From Treponemataceae bacterium (GTDB lineage Bacteria; Spirochaetota; Spirochaetia; Treponematales; Rectinemataceae), in NCBI GenBank assembly GCA_963678065.2, contig CAXXVZ010000003.1, positions 832,001 through 896,000 of the forward strand: a stretch of DNA of 64,000 bases. Reading direction: 5' to 3'. This document shows, one piece after another, positions 58,612 to 64,000 of this stretch. The notes beneath the pieces were generated by a model. It did not search any database. It was given only the letters and a program-made list of their open reading frames with translations, and was not told the origin of the DNA. A program made the position numbers and the translations under genes. Every line of letters begins with the position of its first letter. The first letter of the stretch is position 1.

Positions 58612-61600
58612 ATGGCAAAAACCAAATACGTCTTTGCGTTCGGCGGCGGCACCGCTGAAGGCGCCGGCATGAGCAAAGACATTCTCGGAGGCAAGGGATC
58701 AGGTCTCATGGACATGACCTCTATCGGTCTCCCCGTTCCCGCAGGATTCACGGTCGGCATCCCCGCCTGTGAAGAATATTACAAGGCAGGACGCAAGCTC
58801 CCCAAGAGCGTCGTCGACGAAGTCAAGGCCGCCGTCGTCAAGCTTGAGAAGACCGTCGGGAAGAAACTGGGCGACAACAAGGATCCTCTCCTCGTCTCCG
58901 TCCGCTCCGGCGCGGCGCGCTCTATGCCCGGCATGCTCGAGACCATCCTCAATCTCGGACTCAACGACATGTCCGTCGAGGGTCTCGCCATCAAGACGAA
59001 CAACGCCCGCTTCGCCTACGACAGCTACCGCCGCTTCATCCAGATGTACTCCACCACGGCGATGGGCCTCTCCAAGGAGCCCATGGAGGAGATGCTCTCC
59101 GAGATGAAGAAAAAAGTCGGCGTCAAGAGCGACACCGATCTCTCCGCCGAGAATCTCAAGGAACTCTGCGAGGAATTCAAGGCTTTCTACAAGGCGAACA
59201 AGGGCGACGATTTCCCCCAGGATCCCATGGAGCAGCTCTGGGGCGCCATCGACGCCGTCTTCAATTCCTGGGAAGCCGAGAAATCGGTGACCTATCGCCG
59301 CGTCGAGAAGATCACCGATCTCAAAGGCACCGCAGTCAACGTCGTGCAGATGGTCTTCGGAAATAAAGGCGACACTTCCGGCACCGGCGTCTGCTTCACC
59401 CGCGACCCGAACTCCGGCGCGAACGAATTCTACGGCGACTGCCTCATCAATGCCCAGGGCGAAGATGTCGTGGCCGGCATCCGCACCCCGATGAAGCTCG
59501 TCGAGCTCGAGACCCGCCTTCCCAAGGCCTACAAACAGCTCTGTCAGGTCCGCAAGATCCTCGAGAAGAACTTCAAGGAGATGCAGGACCTCGAGTTCAC
59601 GATCGAGGACGAGAAGCTCTACATGCTTCAGTGCCGCACCGGCAAGCGCCTTCCCTCCGCGGCTTTCAAGATCGCCGTCGACATGGTGAACGAGAAACTC
59701 ATCACCAAAGCCGAGGCCATCTCCCGCATCACCCCCGAGCAGATCGAGGGTGTCTTCTACCCTGTCATCGACATCGCCAAGGTCGGGCCCGCCAAGCTCA
59801 AGGAGCTGAAGATCGCCACAGGCATCGACGCCGTCCCCGGTGCCGCGACCGGCAAACTCGTCTTCACCGCCGCCGAGGCGGAAGCCCGCGCAGCCGCAGG
59901 CGAGAGCGTCATCCTCCTCCGCAAAGAGACCTCCCCTGAAGACGTCGGCGGCATGCACGCCGCACAGGGCATCCTCACCGCCACCGGCGGCAAGACCTCC
60001 CACGCGGCCGTCGTGGCCCGCGGCTGGGGCAAGTGCTGCATCGTCGGCTGCGAAGCCCTCGACATCGACGAGAAGGCGAAGACGCTCAAGGTCGGCGGCA
60101 AAATTCTCGTGGAAGGCGACGAAGTCACCCTCAACGGAACCACCGGCGAGGTATTCCTCACCGCGCTGCCCCTCAAGAAACCCGAGCAGACCAAGGAGTT
60201 CAAAACCCTTCTCTCCTGGTGCGACGAGATCCGCACCCTCAAGGTCCGCACAAACGCCGACACCCCCTACGACTCGGTCAAGGCCGTCGAACTCGGCGCG
60301 GAAGGCATCGGCCTCTGCCGTACGGAGCACATGTTCTTCGACACCGAAGAGCGCCGCCTCGCCATCCAGGAGATGATCGTCGCCGACAACCTCGAGGCCC
60401 GCAAACTCGCCCTCGCCAAGCTCCTTCCCTTCCAGCGCGAGGATTTCATCGGAATCTTCAAGGCCATGAACGGCAAGCCCGTCACCATCCGCCTCATCGA
60501 CCCCCCTTTGCACGAGTTCACACCGAAGGATGAGGCCGGCGTCAAGAGACTCAGCGAGGCGACCGGTCTCTCCCCCGAGAAGATCCAGCTCCGCTGCGAT
60601 CAGCTCCACGAGTCCAACCCCATGCTCGGACACCGTGGCTGCCGCCTCACCATCACCTATCCCGAGATCCTCGAGATGCAGGTCACGGCCATCATCGAGG
60701 CCGCCGTCGAGTGCGCCAAGAAGAAGGTCGTCGTCTCCCCCGAGATCATGATCCCCCTCGTCATCGACCGCAAGGAACTCAAGATCCTCGTCGACCAGAC
60801 CAGGGTCGTAGCCGACGCCATCATCGCCAAGGCCAAATCCAAGATCACCTACCTGGTCGGCACCATGATCGAGATTCCGCGCGCCGCCCTCCTCGCCAAC
60901 GAGATCGCCGAAGTCGCCGAGTTCTTCTCCTGCGGGACCAACGACCTCACCCAGATGACCCTCGGCCTCTCGCGCGACGACGCGGGCCGCTTCCTGCCCG
61001 ACTATGTCCGGACTGAAAAAGAAGGCGGCAAGGAAATCTTCGCCCAGGACCCCTTCGTCAGCCTCGACCAGTCCGGCGTCGGCCAGCTCGTCAAAATGGC
61101 CATCGAGAAGGGCCGCTCCACCCGCAAGAACCTCAAGGTCGGAATCTGCGGCGAGCACGGCGGCGAAGCCCGCTCCGTCAAGTTCTGCCACGCAGTGGGC
61201 ATGAACTACGTCTCCTGCTCTCCCTACCGCGTCCCCATCGCCCGCCTCGCCGCCGCCCAGGCCGCCATTGAAGAGAAGAAAGTCATCGCCGTGGCCAAGG
61301 CTGAAGCGAAGGCCCTCAAGGAAGCTGCCGCGGCCAAGGCCGCCGCAAAAGTTGCACCCCGCGCCAAAAAGGCCGTCAAGGTTGTCGCTGAGGTGAAGAA
61401 GCCCGGCCGCGGCCGGCCCGCCGCCGCGAAGCCCGAAGTTGCGGTCAAGGTAGCCAAGCTCTCCGCCAAGACCACCCCCAAGGCTGCGACAAAAGCCGCC
61501 GCCAAGATTGTCACCGTCAAGGAAGAGCCCAAGAAGGCTGGCCGCAAGCCCACCGGAGCCGTCAAGGCGGCTGACAAAGCCGCTCCCGTGAAGGCTGTCA

Positions 61601-61770
61601 AGGCGGCTGACAAAGCCACTCCCGTGAAGGCTGTCAAGGCAGTCAAGGAGACCGCAAAGAAAGCTGTCGCCGAGAAGCCCGCGAGGGGCAGAAAGGCCGC
61701 CGTGGCCGAGGTTCCGGCGACCAAGAGGTCCGTCGGAAGGCCGAAGGGCACCGGCAAGAAAGCCAAGTAA
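58612..61770 (+). CDS. ppdK: pyruvate, phosphate dikinase with long Lys/Ala-rich C-terminal extension
   Basis: LLVSVRSGA, AQGEDVVAG, GGKTSHAAVVARG, GLCRTEHMF, GICGEHGG. Confidence 0.97.
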   Translation: MAKTKYVFAFGGGTAEGAGMSKDILGGKGSGLMDMTSIGLPVPAGFTVGIPACEEYYKAGRKLPKSVVDEVKAAVVKLEKTVGKKLGDNKDPLLVSVRSGAARSMPGMLETILNLGLNDMSVEGLAIKTNNARFAYDSYRRFIQMYSTTAMGLSKEPMEEMLSEMKKKVGVKSDTDLSAENLKELCEEFKAFYKANKGDDFPQDPMEQLWGAIDAVFNSWEAEKSVTYRRVEKITDLKGTAVNVVQMVFGNKGDTSGTGVCFTRDPNSGANEFYGDCLINAQGEDVVAGIRTPMKLVELETRLPKAYKQLCQVRKILEKNFKEMQDLEFTIEDEKLYMLQCRTGKRLPSAAFKIAVDMVNEKLITKAEAISRITPEQIEGVFYPVIDIAKVGPAKLKELKIATGIDAVPGAATGKLVFTAAEAEARAAAGESVILLRKETSPEDVGGMHAAQGILTATGGKTSHAAVVARGWGKCCIVGCEALDIDEKAKTLKVGGKILVEGDEVTLNGTTGEVFLTALPLKKPEQTKEFKTLLSWCDEIRTLKVRTNADTPYDSVKAVELGAEGIGLCRTEHMFFDTEERRLAIQEMIVADNLEARKLALAKLLPFQREDFIGIFKAMNGKPVTIRLIDPPLHEFTPKDEAGVKRLSEATGLSPEKIQLRCDQLHESNPMLGHRGCRLTITYPEILEMQVTAIIEAAVECAKKKVVVSPEIMIPLVIDRKELKILVDQTRVVADAIIAKAKSKITYLVGTMIEIPRAALLANEIAEVAEFFSCGTNDLTQMTLGLSRDDAGRFLPDYVRTEKEGGKEIFAQDPFVSLDQSGVGQLVKMAIEKGRSTRKNLKVGICGEHGGEARSVKFCHAVGMNYVSCSPYRVPIARLAAAQAAIEEKKVIAVAKAEAKALKEAAAAKAAAKVAPRAKKAVKVVAEVKKPGRGRPAAAKPEVAVKVAKLSAKTTPKAATKAAAKIVTVKEEPKKAGRKPTGAVKAADKAAPVKAVKAADKATPVKAVKAVKETAKKAVAEKPARGRKAAVAEVPATKRSVGRPKGTGKKAK

Positions 61771-61816
61771 ACCACGCTTATTCGCCTGAGTTATGCGCCT
61801 TCTTCACGGTAGGCGC

Positions 61817-61854
61817 ATAAAGAGGCCCCCGGAAAAATCCGGGGGCCTCTTTAT
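61817..61854. terminator. bidirectional intrinsic terminator
   Basis: ATAAAGAGGCCCCCGGA-AAAA-TCCGGGGGCCTCTTTAT between convergent ppdK and dtd; a second hairpin lies at 61791-61820. Confidence 0.85.
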
Positions 61855-61867
61855 TGACAGGTCAATC

Positions 61868-62317
61868 CTAGAAAATCTTTTTCGAATCGAGGAGGATGGT
61901 GACCGGCCCCTCGTTCGTGTAGCTCACCCTCATCACGGCCTGGAATTCCCCCGTCTCAACCGGAAGGCCGTAGATTTTCAGTTCCTCGACAAAGGCCGTG
62001 TACAGGCCCCGCGCCATTTCGGGCGCCGCGGCGTCGGAATAGCCGGGTCGCCTGCCCTTGCGCGCGTCGGCGAAGAGCGTGAACTGGGAGACCGCGAGGA
62101 TGCCTCCTCCTCTATCGAGGATGGAGAGATTCATCTTTTCATCCGCATCCATGAAGATACGCAGGTTGACGATTTTTTCCGCGAGCCAGCGCGCATCTTC
62201 CCTGCTGTCATCCTTCCCGACCCCAATATAGACGAGGAGTCCGTCGCCGATAGCTCCCTTCGTCACTCCCTGCACCGTCACGCGCGCGTCGCTCACCCTC
62301 TGCAGCACAACCCTCAT
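61868..62317 (-). CDS. dtd: D-aminoacyl-tRNA deacylase
   Basis: MRVVLQRV, SQFTL, KGRRP, NEGPVT. Confidence 0.97.
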   Translation of the reverse strand: MRVVLQRVSDARVTVQGVTKGAIGDGLLVYIGVGKDDSREDARWLAEKIVNLRIFMDADEKMNLSILDRGGGILAVSQFTLFADARKGRRPGYSDAAAPEMARGLYTAFVEELKIYGLPVETGEFQAVMRVSYTNEGPVTILLDSKKIF

Positions 62318-63192
62318 CTGCCTTCTCCCGTAATCAAAACAACGCGTTCCGCCTCAAGCGTGAAACGCGTACCTTTCGTCACGATTCGTCCCTCGACCTC
62401 GACGGCAGAGCCGGCCGCAGGAGGCTTTTCTGCACACACCACCTTCACGAGAGCTTCAACCAGTTTCAGGTCGACGCTCCCTGCCACGAGGAGGAAACTG
62501 CCGCCTGTCGCGAGGCTTTCAGTGTTCGAGGCTACGCCTCTCCATCTCACCTTCGCGTTTGCGAATTTCTCAGGATCGGCCAGGACATCGCCTGGCGCGG
62601 GGCCGAAGACGACCGCGGCTCCAGATACGATCCGGCCTTCAGGGCCGGACTGTCCGGGCTCTTCCGGGCCTTTCCCCATGAAAACAAGGACACCCGCCAC
62701 GGCCAGCACGAGAAAGACGACTTCCACGATCCATACGAAAATCCTGCGCCTGTGCGGGTCCGACAGCCCACGGTCAGGAAGGATGCCATCGATGCGGGGA
62801 ATCACCACATTCGCGCCGTTCCTCCCGGAATTCTGTCTCGACCTGATGATGTCCATGGCTCTGCGGGCATACGGATCATCCGGACTTCCTTCGAGGATGC
62901 CGAGGCAGAGCCCGGCGGCCGCAGCGTCGTCGCCTCTGGCCACAAGGGCCGCGACGAGGCAGAGGCAGATATCTCTGTCCGAAGGCGCGAGCTGCTGCGC
63001 GCGATTCAGGTAGGTCACGGCGGCGAGGTAATCTTCCAGGCGAAGGAAGGATGAGCCGAGGAGACGGTAGAATTCTGCCGAGTTCCGGTACAGGGGAATC
63101 ATGGGCTCCAGGAGCAGTGTCAACTTCTTCCAGCGCCCGAAGGCGTGCAGCCTCCTGGCCTTCGCGAGAGGATCATCCTTCATGCGGCTCAT
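62314..63192 (-). CDS. TPR-containing membrane protein
   Basis: TPR-like helices, central TM; ATGA coupling at both ends. Confidence 0.7.
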   Translation of the reverse strand: MSRMKDDPLAKARRLHAFGRWKKLTLLLEPMIPLYRNSAEFYRLLGSSFLRLEDYLAAVTYLNRAQQLAPSDRDICLCLVAALVARGDDAAAAGLCLGILEGSPDDPYARRAMDIIRSRQNSGRNGANVVIPRIDGILPDRGLSDPHRRRIFVWIVEVVFLVLAVAGVLVFMGKGPEEPGQSGPEGRIVSGAAVVFGPAPGDVLADPEKFANAKVRWRGVASNTESLATGGSFLLVAGSVDLKLVEALVKVVCAEKPPAAGSAVEVEGRIVTKGTRFTLEAERVVLITGEGR

Positions 63193-64000
63193 TTCCCGTT
63201 GTATTTCCCCTGCAAAGCGGTGATCCTCCGCTTCCACTCCGCCAGCTGCGAGTCCGAAACGCTGCCTGGATTGGCGATGCCTGCGTTTATCTTGCCGAGC
63301 AAATCCCACAATTCAGCGATATCGGCTTCCATGGCAGTTCGCCGTGCCACGGGCGCAGCGGATGCCGCCGGCGCAGGCGCGGAAGCGGCCGGCGTACTCG
63401 CAGCCGGAGCTGCGACAGATGCAGTGGAAGCTGCAAGGATCGCCGCTGCGGTGGATGGCACGACCGATGCCGCCGCGGCTGGGGTCGCGACGGGGGCCGG
63501 AAGGACGGCGGGCGCCGATGATGTAGCGGGAGTCGGCGTCGGCGATACGATCGTTGGTCCGGAAGGAAGGACCACAGGTCCGGCAGGGGCCGCGGCGGAA
63601 ACAGTGGTGACTGGCGACGAGGCCGGCGTCTCCCCTGTCACAACAGTCGGCGGCGGTGCGGTGGCCTGGCTACCCTGCGATGTCGCGGCGGGCTGAGCGG
63701 TTATCAAGGGGACCGAAGAAGCCTTTGTCACATCGGAGGAGGATTTGGCGACCAGGGCTTTTCCGGGCAGGGACACCATGTTGAAGCTGAGCTTCCACAC
63801 CGCGTTCCGCGCAAGGTTTTCGGGGAGCCAGTACAGTGCCATGGCCGAATCGTTGATCGAGAAAGGAGCGAAGGAGAATCCCCGAAGACCGCTCGCCTCG
63901 AAAGACCAGTTGGAATCGGAGAGACGCTTCCAGTTGGCAAGCACGATTTCGTCAGGTGGCGTGATGCCCTCGCCCGCGAGATCGACCCGGAGTGTCGCGT
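63189..64000 (-). CDS. hypothetical protein with Ala/Pro/Thr-rich linker, 5'-partial
   Basis: Frame open to the window edge. Confidence 0.7.
   Translation of the reverse strand, partial: ATLRVDLAGEGITPPDEIVLANWKRLSDSNWSFEASGLRGFSFAPFSINDSAMALYWLPENLARNAVWKLSFNMVSLPGKALVAKSSSDVTKASSVPLITAQPAATSQGSQATAPPPTVVTGETPASSPVTTVSAAAPAGPVVLPSGPTIVSPTPTPATSSAPAVLPAPVATPAAAASVVPSTAAAILAASTASVAAPAASTPAASAPAPAASAAPVARRTAMEADIAELWDLLGKINAGIANPGSVSDSQLAEWKRRITALQGKYNGK

Noticed and set aside
58699..61191. 830-aa antisense ORF, and similar long shadow ORFs over metG and the ATPase
   Set aside because: Expected from strong codon bias on the opposite strand; no motifs.
1..64000. CRISPR array, rRNA, retron or DGR
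   Set aside because: No regularly spaced repeats, cas, rRNA or reverse-transcriptase ORF seen.

Overview
The window has two parts. From <1 to ~47164 lies the right-hand part of a prophage/genomic island ending at a tRNA-Gly(TCC) 3' fragment (att site). From ~47500 to 64000 is GC-rich core chromosome, probably of a spirochaete (inferred from gene content only): metG, femAB-like, dinB, ppdK, dtd. The island contains, in order: (1) a phage lysis module (M23 peptidase end, holin-like gene, two fully overlapping spanin-like genes); (2) an FRG gene and a DUF499/DUF3780-like/DUF1156/PLD-SNF2 restriction-like defence operon with an inserted ABC-ATPase + DUF4276 pair; (3) a minus-strand integron cassette array (~15.4-34.9 kb) with an attI-like site but no recognisable intI, heavily invaded by IS200, IS1634, IS110, IS21 and a group II intron fragment; (4) a DUF72-imuB-like-dnaE2 mutagenesis operon; (5) phage excisionase/replication remnants and IS debris. 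The best candidate for a new system is a 2,606-bp unit, present twice, encoding a tyrosine recombinase plus an IS91-type HUH transposase. Its ends fall exactly on integron G^TT crossover points and it carries its own non-canonical attC-like hairpin, so it may be a self-mobilising gene cassette. All calls come from reading sequence and motifs by eye; no database search was run.
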